Assembly (NCBI GenBank): GCA_010093705.1
Contig: MU006094.1
Coordinates: 347,550-411,549, forward strand
Reading direction: 5' to 3'
DNA: 64,000 bases
DNA from: Patellaria atrata CBS 101060
Lineage: Eukaryota
Part shown: one piece after another, positions 13,869 to 27,422 of the stretch
Layout: every line of letters starts with the position of its first letter
How positions within the stretch are numbered: the stretch's first letter is position 1
Translations under genes and position numbers: made by a program
Notes under the pieces: generated by a model
Told to the model about the DNA's origin: nothing
Seen by the model: the letters and a program-made list of their open reading frames with translations, nothing else
Database searches by the model: none

Positions 13869-14834
13869 AGTGTCGGTCAAGCACGTCTAATTGGCCACCC
13901 AAGTGGAAGTCCTATCACCTCGTTGTATTTATAGGAGGCCTCTCATTAGCTCTAGTCTATAGCAAGCATACTAACAGTAATGCTCTTTGTTCACGCATAT
14001 TCAAATCTGGCGAGATGCATAAATGTTGAATAGTAGAGCTAATAACCCCAAGTTAGGTTCCCTCCAGTAAATCTCCGAAGGTTATCGAAACCGGCGAATA
14101 TGCCAAAGGTTTACCAGTTCTTGGAATCCAGATAAAGTACAGCTGTACAGAGTACGTACAGAAGATCGTCGTCATCCACCTTGCTCTGCACTGTGCGGGC
14201 AGGTAATCTCGTGGCAGTGTGGGGTTATCGGACTGACAACTTCTAGTTCTAGTTCTGCAGGTGGCGTCCGCACCGTTTCCTCCTCTCCCGTTAGTCTAAT
14301 GTCTATAAAGTAGCCCCTGAGACTCTTCTTCGACTTCATCTCCAAAAAAAAAAATAACATTTCGTTGCCATTCATAGACTTTCGGTGCAAAACGTCCAAA
14401 ATCGTGGCTTCCGATCAAAGCGGTAGAAGGATTTCCCCACCCTGTTCGCCGAAATGGATTTGATTCGACTTTTTGCCCATCACTGCTATCAACACAAGCA
14501 CGACAAGATATCAGATAAATTGCGACATGGCTCTTTACCTTCCACAACAAGCTGCCCTGCTAGCATCTCGTGCAGTTCTTCAAATGATGCAAGGCTGGGC
14601 GGTTTTACTGCCATACCATGGTTTTGCGATAAGGTATCGTGAAGATGATGTTTATAGGGCCGTATCGTGGCGGTTGATAGTTTCCCTCGCATCCATGGTT
14701 CCCAAAGGCGCGAATGCTCGTTATACTTAGCTGACAGTGCACACTGTGTTAAAAATTTTACTTATCTATAGTATTGGACTTGACCCTCCCGGGAACCAGC
14801 TATATGCACCTCTTTCGATCCTGATCTTTCGACC

Positions 14835-16851
14835 ATGTCTTTACAATTTTAGAAGAGATATCTGACCTGGGGAGAGTCTAGCAGCGATGTATCTCTCAAC
14901 GAGGTCAGGGAAGCTAACGCGACAGTCGGCGATCAAATTTACGTTGATGGCACTGAAGTCTTTCAAGATGGCAACGGTGCGCCAGTCGAGAATGCTAGTC
15001 CGTTAGGTTATCATGTCGGCTGGTTTGGCATCCTCTTCTTGAACATATCACAGATGGTTGGTACGGGGGTATTTAGCACACGTTAGTTACGCAAATACTT
15101 TGATTGCACTTCAATACTTACATTGACCAGCTAGCTCCATCCTGAATAATTTGGACTCCGTGGGCCTCAGTTTGTTATACTGGGTCATTGGTGCTATCAT
15201 CGCTGCTAGTATGGCTCATCCTCTAATGTGTACGGGAATCGTCTAATGAAGATACAATACAGCCAGTCTCGCAGTGTACCTCGAATATGCTGCATTGTTC
15301 CCCAACCGGTCTGGAAGCCAGGTAGTTTATCTTGAGCAAGCTTTCCCCAAGCCACTGCTCTTTTTTCCCACAGCTTACGCCTTCTTCACGGTGGTGTTCT
15401 CCTTCTCTAGCAGCAATGCGATTGGTTAGTCTTCTTTCTACATACACGTCAGGCACAGAGATCTAACCGTATCAGTCCTTTCGAGATATATCTTTCGAGC
15501 AGCTGGCTACACAGCCACGGAATGGCAGAATAAAAGCCTCGCAATTGGCGCAAACTCTGTTCTTTACGTTATCTGTCTCCTTTCCACTAAGTGGTCGATG
15601 CGAATCATGAACTTCATAACCGCCGTCAAGATCGGTATTCTGCTTTTCATTGTTATCACCGGCTTCGTTGTGTTAGGGGGTGGGACTAGGGTCGAGGACC
15701 CCGGTGCTAATTTCCGCAACTCCTTCGAGGGCGTTACGAGCAACGGTAATGCTATTGTGAATGCGTTGGTGAAGATCAATTTCGCTTATCAGGGATATGC
15801 GAATGATTTTAACGTTGTAGCAGAAGTCAAGAGACCATTCAAGACACTCCGTATTGCAGCACCGGTGTCAGTACTCCTAGTTTCGATACTGTATATTTTA
15901 ACCAACGTTGCCTATTTCGCTGCCGTTCTGAAGGAGAGCATCGCGTCTTCTGGAGAGCTTACCGCAGCCCTCTTCTTTGAGGCAGTGTTTGGTAGAGCGG
16001 GACGTGCGTTGCCGGCGCTCGTTACAGTAAGCGCGGCGGGAAATATTTTGGCCGTCATCATCGGTACTTCAAGAAGTATCCGCGAGTGTGGTCGTCAGGG
16101 TGTCGTTCCCTGGCCGCATATCTGGGCGTCGACTCGTCCATTCGGGACTCCATTCGCCCCTATTCTACTCAAGTGGTTCTTGACCACCATGATCATCCTC
16201 GTTCTACCATTTGGCGATGCTTTCAACTTCCTCGTAGATCTAAGATCTTATTCCGATAACGTAAGGAACTCTCCACCGAAAAGTCCCCATGATCCGATTC
16301 ACTAATCCATCCCATAGATCTTCCTCTTTCTAATGACCGCCGGCATCTACTTCATCCGCTACCGCCGCAAAAATCTCGGCCTCCCGCAAGCCGAATTCCG
16401 CGTCTGGCACAGCGCCACCATCTTCTCCATCCTCGTCACCCTTTTCCTGCTGGTCATGCCGTGGTATCCCCCTGAGGGTGGTGCTACCGGCGGCGATGTC
16501 TCGTTCTGGTACGCGACCTACTGCGTCGTCGGCATCGGTCTCATGCTCGCTTGCGCCGCTTATTACTTCGGCTGGGTCTGGGTGCTACCGAAGCTCAGAA
16601 ACTACAGCATCAGGACGGAAACACTGGTTAATGGCCGGGACGGCAGCGTGACGCATCGCATGCGCAGGGTGCTGAATGAGGATGTGGGGAAGTGGGATGA
16701 AACGCACGATGATGCGGGTAACTTGTTGGTAGCTGAGGGCGAGGAGTTGCTCGAGAAGAGTGAGCATAGGGAACAGGGGGGCTTGGTGAAGAGAGTCCAT
16801 GTTAAGGGGTCGAGGCCGCTGAGTGTGGATGACGTAGGCAAGCAGGGTTAA
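14835..16851 (+). pseudogene. Mup1-like (LAT/APC family) methionine permease with a premature stop at codon 6; possibly still functional via another first exon
   Basis: Spliced product contains GAPVENASPLGYHVG, QMVGTGVFSTP, YLEYAALFPNRSGSQVVYLEQAFPKP, RECGRQGVVPW and GGDVSFWYATYCVVGIG. Four GT-AG introns. ATG at 14835 reads MSLQF*KRYL (TAG 14850-14852). Confidence 0.7.
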
Positions 16852-17185
16852 TTTTGAGGAGCTTGGAGTTTTGAGGCTAGGGAGGCGTATGGATTTAGCT
16901 CAAGGGCAGTGACAGTTTTTATTTTGTGAGTTCGATTCGAGCAATAAGGTATTGATTGATGAGCACGGTTATGTAGTTACGTGGAATAGCAGACTATAGA
17001 GAAGAACAATAAACTTTTACGCATTATAGCTACACCCCGAGCACTACACTTGGTTTAAATCTACAAACATTCCACACGTAGAATAGAACTTAATAGCACA
17101 CCTGACATTAAATATATGGTCCAACGAACCTCCGCACAGCAGGACGTGAACTTACAACAGAACAGTCCTAAAACAAATTCTCCGG

Positions 17186-18369
17186 TTAGAATGCACCACA
17201 AGTCAAAATGTAGTCCAATTCCGGAAACATGATACGTGCCAGCTCAAACATTGGGCTATCACCCTCAGGTCTCAAGGTAGCTTTCCCCAAGACCGTGTCC
17301 ATCGTCACATCCTGATATTGCATCAAGTACTCCTCACTCTTATAGCTCAGGCTGGCCCATACCCAGTCCGCCCTTATCCGAGACCCTGGGACACGCACAT
17401 TCGCTAATCATCCTCACAAATCGGTCCGCATACTTGATATCCTCCCACAAAAAGCTTTCCACAAACACGACTTCCAACCGTCCATTTCCGCGGCCAATGA
17501 TAAACCGAAGCAACTCCTCATAACACCTCCCTGTCTCCCTCCTCTCCCGGCGCGTCTGCCTCGTAAGATCCCTCTCGAAACGTCACATCCAGCAGCAACT
17601 CCCTGATCCTCCTAAATACTCCCGGGGGGGGGGGGGGGGGGCCGCCTTTCACCGTCTCCCTGATTTCCTGGACGCTGTCGACGTCGATGAAGAACCAGTT
17701 CGAGCCGTAGAAGACGCGCGCCGCCAACTCGTGCATATTTCTGCTGACGAGGAAGAGCGGTTAGGTCTGCGCTGGGAACCCTCTGGCTAGGAGCGTGCGC
17801 TGGGGGGCTGGACGGCCGTTTTTGTTGAGCTGGATTCCTCGCGCATCGGTGATGCGGGAGGCATTTATCGTGCGTAGGGTCGTGTGAGAGAGGTCATGAG
17901 TTGGAGCTCTACTGAGAGACACTCGAAGGGGAATGATCGGTTTAGTCGAATTGACCTGTTTCCCGGTACTGAGGGTTGTCGGATTGAGTGGCCTTAATAC
18001 TTCGTAGGAAAACTCCAGGAAAACATGGTACTCAATTCCCGAGTTTGCTCTGAAATTCCACGGCATAGATCTATGAGGTTGCTTGTTGACACACTAGAAG
18101 TCGCCACGACGATTCTCGCCGTCCTGAGCAAGCTCGACGACAGGTATTGCCGCTGATACCGCGTATCGAGGTATCCGATAGGGTGTATATTTCCACACAT
18201 GCGAACTTGTGCCCATGCTTCCATGAGACCGGCTCAAATTGTCTCGTATCATCCTATATCTGCGAGTACCACAGGATATGTCCTTGTACCACAGCTTCCT
18301 ATTTCTACCCGTAGCCACATAGAGCACCTCTCCTACCACTAGGACTGACAACGCACCAGGATCAATCAT
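17186..18369 (-). pseudogene. Fragmented hypothetical fungal gene
   Basis: Chain of short minus-strand ORFs. In-frame TAA at 17761-17763 within FPAQT*PLFLVSRNMHELAARVFYGSNWF, a motif typical of fungal hypothetical proteins. Further stops and frame changes, and a G18 tract at 17624-17641. Confidence 0.55.
17624..17641. repeat. G18 homopolymer
   Basis: Directly visible run of 18 G. Confidence 0.95.
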
Positions 18370-19387
18370 CAGCTAGGTGGCCATGAGGTAAAAGTAGCTC
18401 GAGACTTGGTTTCGGATCTACGACTCGCCCGATTCAATTCACAAATGTATTCTCCTGGGGTGGTTTCCCACCGTACTAGGGGGGTGATTGTACCTTTATA
18501 TACTGTTTAGCCTAATATCACACTAGGTATCAGGTGGCAAGCATACGCACCGAGGTTTAATGAATCCCTTCTGGAAACGAAGGAGTTCACGAAGTGAATG
18601 TCCATCCGATTGTTAGAGTTCGATTTTTGGGATGGTCACATTGATCGTAAGGGATGAAGAACGCCGGAATAAAGATGTGGAGTAGAAGGGACTAAACAGT
18701 CCAGCTCGTGAAGGGATGAAAGATGGGATGGTAAAGTCGGTAAAGCATAGAGGACGTGGTACCGCCAGCAAAAGAAAATATGTTAAAATGGTACACCTGG
18801 TAAAAGAACAGAGGATGGAAATGCACAGGTAGTAAAAACAAAAAGAGAGGATGGAATGGGTATGAGTATAAGTATGGACTGTCAAACTACTCTTACCTCG
18901 AGCAGGCAGACACCTTTGCGCTTTCCAAGCCATTGGTCCCTCTACTACCTAATGTAGACATATTGAAATATGCCTTCTGAACTCACATTCTTTCTTGAAT
19001 CGATCCGTACAAAAATGGTTTGCCCGCTGTACATTCCCCGTCGTTCTGTACACTTTGTCATATTTTGGCAATCGAGTTTTTCTGCACCAGGAATCTAGGA
19101 GATCCTTTTGAGCAGGCGCATGCAGCAAATCGAGAGTGTGCCCTAGAATTAGTAGAACGGTCGGTTGTTATGATTGACATGGTTGTATTAATTTTACTGT
19201 TACCTCACGACTTCTTTCTCGTATATGGAAAGAACAAAAGTGGTATCCACAACCACGGGTCCCCTTGATATGTGCTCCTTCGACTGATAATAATACATAT
19301 ACTCTTAACTCAAACGCTAACTCCGACCAACCCATCCAAAAAGGGGCCAACCAACATACCCAAGCGTCACCAGCAAAATCCACCCAC

Positions 19388-21473
19388 TCACGCATTACTC
19401 ACTTCATGCCCGCTCTTCTCACCATCCCGCATCGGCTCCTCATCTTCCGTCTGATAGAGCTTCTCCGGCGGAACATCCCTCCTCAGAATATACCTCTTGA
19501 CGAACCACATTGCCTGCCGCAGTCCATACGCAGCATGGAGACGCGTCGGCACCGAGAAGACCTGATCGAGCTCCTCGAGGGTCTTGCCCTTCGTCTCGGG
19601 CATGAACAGCAGCACGAGCCACCAGCCGATGATATTCCACGCGGCATACCAACCAAAGGCGCCCTGGGGCGTAAAAGCGTCGACGAGCGACGGCCAGGTG
19701 ATGGAGAGGACGAAATTGAAGAACCAAGTCGTCGCTGTCGCTAGACTCATGCCGTACGCACGGACGTACAGCGGATATGCCTCGGCCGAGTACGTGAACG
19801 GGACTGGGCCCTCGCCCGGGCTATACACGATGCCAAAGAGGTATATGCCGAGGGCTATGCAGCCGACGCGGGCGGAGCGGTGGGCATCATCGTTGGGAAT
19901 GAAGAAGGAGAAGCCGGTGAAAAGAAGGAAGAGGGACATTAGTGGGAAAGTGGTTAGGAGAAGGTTGCGCCGGCCGAAGGTATCAATAGTGTAAACGGCG
20001 GGAATAGCAAAGAGGAAATTTATCCAGCCAAATCCAGCGGAGGCGCCGAGGGCGGAGAGGTCGGAGAAGCCTGAATCAACGAAGATAGAGGAGGAATAGT
20101 AGGCGATCACGTTTACGCCGCAGAACTAGGGTTGTATTAGAGTTAAATTGTCGTAGTGGGTTAATAGGACTAAGAATGGAAAGGTGTATGTTAAGAACTT
20201 AAGGGTTACTCACCTGCTGCATGAACATGACGATTTCGGATGCCAGCATCGCACGTCTGTTACGTGGGACTTTGATTAACTCCATGAGCTTGCTCTGGCC
20301 CAGTTTCATCGAATTCTCCGCCTTAAGCAGCTCAGCCATATAAAATACGTCCCTAGCGGCTTGAATCTTATTGTAGCGCAACCTCGTCATGGCTTCGTAA
20401 GCTGCAGCGTGGCGTCCCTTACTCATATACCATCTGGGGCTCTCTGGACATTTGAAGACGAAAAAACAGACAACAACGGCAGGCAACATCGCAGAGCCCA
20501 TCATCAGACGCCAATTGAGGCCTGTTACACCAGAGGTATCCGGGACATAATAGAGGGCCAGATCAGCCATATAACCCAGCATGATACCAAATGCGGTCCA
20601 CATCTGCCATTGCATCACCAATGCACCTCGGATAGCCGGCGGGGTGCACTCGGCAGCATAGATCGGAACTGTTGCCGATTTCGGCCCGATACCGAGGCCG
20701 AGTGCGAACCGGGCGATGAACATGTGCCACCAGGTATTTGTGAAGCCCTGCCAAAAGCACGCGACGGCCGAAAAGAGACAGGTTATAAAGATAGTACCGC
20801 GACGACCGAACCAGTTATTGAAGGGGACTGTTAACCAGCAGCCGATAAAAGCACAGCATAGGTAAGGGCCGGCATTGACGAGACCGGTCAGCCAAGTGGA
20901 TCTTGCCTCGCCTTCGTTCGCAATACCGAATTGAGGAGTGTAGAAGAGTTGTGCACCGTTTACAACCGTCTCGTCTATGGAATATGTTAGTGTGCTCAAG
21001 ATGATATAGAAAGGAGAAGGGGCTCAAAAGATAGCATGCAGACTAAACAGCAAGAAGTTGAACTGACCCATTCCCTGCACCGCAGCACAAGCAGAACAAA
21101 GCACAATAACTAAGTACAACAACTTCGGCTGACTCCACCGATTCGTATATTCCTTCTCTAAAACTCTTAGCTCTTCTTCCGTAGCGCCATAGCGATTAAT
21201 CGAATTCCAGTCCTGTGGATTCTTCGCTAGTACCGCCCCCATCTCAAAAGCTCTCACATCGTCTGGCTCCGCAATGGCATGCTCTCGTGCATAATTGCGA
21301 CCCTGCTCTTGCAGCTCCTCATCGGTATATCCGCGAAGAGGGTTTGCCAATTTCGCATTCGCGTTTCGCCGCGCTAGTTCAGCAGCGTCGAGATTCTGAG
21401 TGGCGACCGAGGATTTGCGATTGTGGTCTTCTTCGTGTTTAGAAGAAGAGACAGAAGTCCGTGGGTCTGACAT
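19388..21473 (-). CDS. MFS sugar porter (myo-inositol/polyol transporter-like)
   Basis: Exons 21473-21068, 20974-20214 and 20125-19388. Motifs AVQGMDETVVNGA, FGRRG, GIGPKSATVPIYAAE, PESPRW, MQQFCGVNVIAYYS, IDTFGRR and PETKGKTLEELDQVF. Confidence 0.95.
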
Positions 21474-23009
21474 TTTGGTCGTTCAAGCTTTATTGCTCGG
21501 AGATCTGGGCGATATTAGCTTGCGGACCATTCGCTTCGGGGAAGCTAGAACTAACTATTGGAAGAACTTGCCAATAGTATTATATGTGGTCTGTAACTCT
21601 ATAGATGTTAGTCGCGATGCTGCAGATGTGTCAATATCTTCTATATCCACTGTTTGTCTTGAAACACGTACAGTATTCCAGCCTCGCAATATAGTCAACT
21701 CGGGATATCAACCCCAAGTTTCTGAGCCTAATAGCTTAAACAAGCAAATAATGAAACCGTACAAGAGCACGGTGTCAAAACAAGCACAACTCAAGAACGA
21801 CACAAGCACTACAACATTGGAGTCATGATTTTAGAGAAACTCAAGCCTTCCGTCGTGGGCCAACCCCATCCTTTCTACCTTCACTCGCCGCTGACGTCGC
21901 CGTTTCCGATCTCGAGAAAAGGCATAGTGCAGATGCACATGTAAGATATCCCCGACCAATAATAATGTCTTCTCTTCTGTAGATCGCAAGGCACGCGAGG
22001 TGAGGTTACATGGGGTCGGGTTGATTTCCTTCGGTGACGGAGGTCAAGCACGACAAGGCGAGAGTTTAGGGTTTGGGGGATTTCGCCAGGCGTTTTCAGA
22101 TGGGGGGCCTGATGATGAAGGGATGCCGTGTGTTGGATACAGTAGTACCATGTTCGCGGGGAGAAACGTTTGTACCTCTTTCGTACTGATACCACTTAAG
22201 GTTATAACTTTGACAGAGTATGTGAGGTTGTTAGTCTCCAATCTTGTCTCGGTACTTGTAGAAACATTATTGCCCGTCAATACTATAACTGTCGTGGGTC
22301 TCTGGAAGCTACGGAAACAGTACACTACTTGTACTCCAGATTCCCTAGCCTAACGTTCTTCAAACCCCACAGATTTTCCGATGCGAACAGAGAATTTTAA
22401 GAATGAAATCGATGAGTAACACCAGTCTACCATAGATGCACACGAGGGCACACAGTCTTTTGGACATGATACTAAGGAAATTGTTAGCAGTGAAAGGCTC
22501 TTGAAAGTGCGATTTCCGACTAAACTCTTAATCATTATAATGAGTAGAAAACTGCTCCGTGATTGCGAAGTCGTTACCCCACAATACGTCATGACATCAT
22601 CATCCTGACATTACCGTCTCACACTCTTTGCGCCCATCACATACCAAAAGGAGAATACTTCGCACCTACCCGACAGCACAATCCTAGTTTTTAGTGAAAG
22701 GCGCGAAAGAACATTATAGTACGGCTCTCGGCATGCACGGCATGCACGGCAACGCGTGGCATTTTTCTTGTAGTTAACATGTCAGACCATATCGGAGTTG
22801 ACAACGGACTTATATCCGTATGATCATATCACATTAAGCTCTAAGTGGCTATGGAGTAAATAAGCACCCCTGACGCCGCGAATTTGTTTCCTGAACCTCA
22901 GCCTCATATCCATTGATTCCGGTAAACACCAAACATGCAATCCTAACCATGCGTTATCCAGTTGCTAGCCATGTTGCGCCACATCCCTGATGCTGCATTG
23001 AGTAGATAC

Positions 23010-24234
23010 TTAATCACTCTTCAACATACTCTCTACCAGATCTCCTAGAGGTCCCCAAAAGTCCTTTCCGGTAGCGAGATTGTGTTCATCGATGAAGAGC
23101 ACGTAATGCTTGAAGCTGGTATTTAAGTGAGGCTCCAATCCTAGGTGGATCACAACGGGATAGTGGTGGCAGTAGATATGAGCGTAAACGCGATATAGAC
23201 GTTTGAACATTTGACGGATCAAGTTTGCGAAGGACTTAGGGAACGGAACGCCTAGTCTGAAAATTAACTTCTCGAAGAGGTTTTTAAAGAATCCTTTGTG
23301 CGTATACGTACCAATACGACTAGGAAACATCTGCTCATTGTCCACATTGCTCTGGATCCAAGCCATAAGGTGCTCGATATATTCGGGAGCAGGCATCTTT
23401 GTAGGACGCTTGTACGTCTCGTTGTCTTGCCACAGGTACTCGAACCTTATATCGTAAGCTGCTGTCATTACTGAGTTATAGGAATTCGCACTCATCTGTG
23501 GCCTTCATCTCAGGACAGCTTTGAGGAGAGCAGAACTCAGTGACCGCGCCATACAGGAGATTGATTTGGTTATAGAAGTCGACGACTAAACAGGAAAGAA
23601 TATCAGCAACCATTTATATCGAAAGTGGTATTTTAGAGAACTCTTCTAGCTAACCGTTTACTGCCAACCACTCGTTGAGATCTTCTCCTTCCGGTAGCTT
23701 GACCGCTTTTCTCAGACTACCACTTCCAAGGGTAGCTTCTGCAAACTGTCTCAGTTGCCAGCTGCTCGTGCCTTTATTCGCTTTATTCGGCTTGAACGGT
23801 GCTCGGGTTCGCGCATTTCTATATCTAGTAAGCCCAGTGCCGACAAAGGTTGACCAGATTGGCTGATGCGGGTGTATAGTAGGACTAAGGGTGTAGTCTG
23901 TGCCAAACCATCCGTTATCCCTGTTGAATGCTTGACTCTTGGGACTTAGGGGAGACGAGTTCGGTGAGTTGTCTCCGGACCTCAGTGCCTGTCGAAAAAC
24001 CCTTTGAATGGGGCTTCGAGGCGAGGGTGCTGATGGTCCAACACTGACGCCGCCGGTTTCATCAAGCTCGTTATCCCGGTAGTCCCAGAAGCCGGATGTA
24101 TCAAGCCTAATACAGCTCTCACTCTCGACGAGAGAGGGAACAGGTGGGAGTGCTTTGGGTGGGGTGGGGAATTGCAAATATGGATGTGGGGAGGAGTTTG
24201 GAGCGACAGACATTGTGGTTATGAAGGAAGTCAT
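23010..24234 (-). CDS. mob1: MOB kinase activator Mob1 (SIN/MEN)
   Basis: Spliced product [103 protein letters not shown]. Four introns, the first at 24211-23819. Confidence 0.97.
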
Positions 24235-25063
24235 TCTGTATCTTCGTCCTAGTCCGGACGATATTTATTTGTAGGTAGCGTTGCGGGCTTCACTATGAAC
24301 GCATTCCTTGCGTTAGCATGGTTACGGTTGGATAGGAATGTTGATGAACTTACCGTTTAACCTCCGAAGCGATTGAATGCGCACTTATTATTACTCAGCG
24401 CAACTTCACTTTCGGTTTGAAAGCCTGAAAGAAGAGATTGGAGGTTGAATTGACAATAGTGGCAGCCAAAAGATCGGTTGCAGTTCCGCAGTTGCTGTAA
24501 ACAACCGGTTGTTGTGGCTCGTTTGTCCTGTTTGTGGAAATCGACTCTGCACCGACCACTCGTCTCCGCGGGCGTGAGCTGGAGACGGGGGTGTCAAGTC
24601 AAGAGCCAAAGATTCAAAGAAGCACAAGGGAAAAGTCTGAAAGTTCTCCCTCCCATCGTACGCACTAGACGAGTATATAAATTTCCTCGAGTACGGCCTA
24701 GGTGAGTGAAAACAGATCATCTCTACTATTAATCGTAGACCCTTTTCCGAAAGTGTGCGCTGCAATAGAAGTACAGATGAAGGTGCTCCTTCGTCCTATA
24801 CATCAAGAATCTCTCCCCGTGCAAAAGCGCCTATAATCTATCGTTTCCCCTGTCAATTTTTTCCTTCTGGTCACATAGGGACACTAAATACTAGGGTACG
24901 CAGTACGTGTGGTAGCTCATTTCTAATTCAGTTTTTACACTTCAGGGCTCCAACACCTACAACGTTGCCTCACCTCTCAGCCTTGTATTTCCCTTTTATC
25001 TCCCTTGGAAAGCGTTTCGCACAAGTATAAACACATTTGATTCTCTCCCCTTACACAGTGTAA

Positions 25064-25438
25064 ATGTCTAGTGTACGCCCACTCTTCCCCCAGCAACCCC
25101 CCTTTCTCACCCATCAGACTAACTACCCCCAGTATTATTCCCCATCCTCCGCACCTCCTCCTATCCCAAACTATACCACCTTCCCTCCTTCTCCTTCTTC
25201 CCAATCTGCTCTCATAGTCCGCCAAGCCAAATATTCCGATAATTCCCGCCCTCGTCGTCCCCCCCGTAGCAGGACACTCCTTTGCATGTTCATCCTCTTC
25301 GCATTACTTGTCCTGCTGTTTCCCATTGGGTGGAATGTGTTAGAGAAGATTGCGGGAATATGTGAAGTTAGGGGTTCGCGGGGAGAAGATAGGACGTGGT
25401 TTTGCGGGAAGATTGGGGGGAAGATAATAAGGGGGTAG
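25064..25438 (+). CDS. Small hypothetical protein: Pro-rich N-terminus, basic patch, single transmembrane helix, two C-terminal Cys
   Basis: ATG-initiated 124-aa ORF. RPRRPPRSR directly precedes the hydrophobic TLLCMFILFALLVLLFPIGW. TATAAA at 25026. Confidence 0.55.
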   Translation: MSSVRPLFPQQPPFLTHQTNYPQYYSPSSAPPPIPNYTTFPPSPSSQSALIVRQAKYSDNSRPRRPPRSRTLLCMFILFALLVLLFPIGWNVLEKIAGICEVRGSRGEDRTWFCGKIGGKIIRG

Positions 25439-27422
25439 GGTCAAGCAGAAGGGGGAGTTGTATGCTGAGAGGGATGTTTAGAGTCCTATGGAGACCTTTG
25501 GGATTAGTATTACAGAAGACTTTGCTAGTGCTCGAGAAATACTGTTCCGAAGAGCGTAAATTGTATGGATCTCTAATCAGTTGCTTGATTGGAGACCGGT
25601 TTCTTCAACGGATTCGTCATTGCGCCTATGAGCTTGCAGTAGGTTTACAGTGAAGGAGGTAAGCAGATCATAATAGGTAAGAAGACAATTCAAAGAGAGG
25701 AAATTCGGTCTCAAATCTGCTTTATGTGTAGTCTTTTATTTCACTTTCTATCCCACGAAGGGTTGATATCCGTGCACCTCTGCACGCAACCCACCGCGAA
25801 AGCATCGAAAGGTGGATTTTTTTTGTTTTTATTTATTCTTGTTTCTTGCCATCATCTTCGCTACTTGTCATGAGAGTAAAACCACATTTCGTCACAGTAA
25901 TAATAATCAGATGAGTTGATCTAACTTTTTGTTTCCATCTCTTCTTGAGCCGAACGTGTGCTGTACCTCGACGACCTTTAACGTCCTCTATCAATTTACC
26001 AGCTCCACCATCATAACACTGCTAAGGCATCATTACCACATATCCGTTGTACTTTACTACTTCACTCATGGTTATCATCGAGCAAACCCCTTTTCACTCC
26101 GACGAGCGTTGTTGAACTTGTCAGCCTTCGATTCTTGGGCTATGGTTAAACTGGCTCACCTTAAACACGAAAACTGCTGCTGTACTGTATCTCCTCTACC
26201 ACCAAGCCTGGGCTGGCGTGTTATCAGGCTTAGTGATAAAGGACCAACTATATGTCAGTACAAGCAGAAGTGGAGCAGGGTCCTCAAGAAGAAATTCTAT
26301 TGCGCCCAGAGCCATAGATCCCGCGGAACCTATAACTGAAACAATTTCTCGTGCCGCGAAATCAAGGTGTTGATGAGATATTCTGAAGTCTTCAAGACCA
26401 GCATCTCGAACCAGACTTCCCCTTAAATCTACCTTTAAAGAGGGTCGTTTTCGCTACTTGCGTTCTACGGACTCTCCATCAGCAGACGCTTAATGGACTT
26501 GGAACGTAGGGCTGTTATCACTTTACTTCGTTATGATGGTTGAGCTTCGAAGAGTTAGGTTCTACTGTGAGCAATTGTGATAAATAGGCGACCGTTTCAT
26601 TCAATATGCAACTTGAATATGGTAGACGAAGCCAGGATCTGGTGCATGGGAGGCAAACATTGACGCTGAATGCCGCGGTAACTTGCGACAATGAAGTTGG
26701 AAATGCACCCTGGATAGTTGACCTAGAATTTTCAGAGAAATATCCAGTCTTAAATGATTGTATCCTGCAATATTGGTATGGTCCAAGAGGTGATTTCGAT
26801 ATATCTTTCTGTTATAAGGTTCGGTCCTGTTGGGGCTCCTGCAAATTATAAGTACCCTTCAAATACTTGTTCAATATATAATCTACTAAGTTACCATATT
26901 GTCGCCTACCCCTTCCCCTCTCGTGTATCCTCCGGATACTGCACGCCCGTTATCCAAGATCTCTTCGACTTTACTATACGGTACAGAAAGGCCGAAATGT
27001 ACGAAAAGAACTCCGTCCGCATCTATGAATTGACCGTAATGATAGTAAAAGTGGGATAACACTGTGGGATTAATAGTCAGCTAGTAGGTGTTTTGCAAAC
27101 TTACCTTATAGAGACTGAGAAGTGCTTATCGCGACAAAGTATCATCAATATAAATATCTACATTCTTATACCACTAAGTTCTAGGACTCTCGTAGGGTGG
27201 AGCTTACCTTAAGGTAAGTGGAGGTAAATCGGCAACCAATCATATCATTTAGTTCGCTGACTCGCCAGTCTACGCCCTATTTTCGATACCTGGTGCAAGA
27301 CTATGCTAAACGGTGCGACTGATGCAGCCCTTTATATGTAGCAATCACTCCCCAGAAATGATCAAATTAAACAGACAACTTACAATTCATACTGATAGTA
27401 AGGAGATACTCCCGTCACAACT

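Noticed and set aside
11972..21473. Possible secondary-metabolite cluster (FAD oxidase plus transporters)
   Set aside because: No PKS, NRPS, terpene synthase or prenyltransferase in the window; the transporters are nutrient-uptake types.
22728..22752. Short tandem GGCATGCAC repeats (likewise 50213-50237 and 63809-63835)
   Set aside because: Only 2-3 copies with no spacers; ordinary slippage, not CRISPR or a mobile element.
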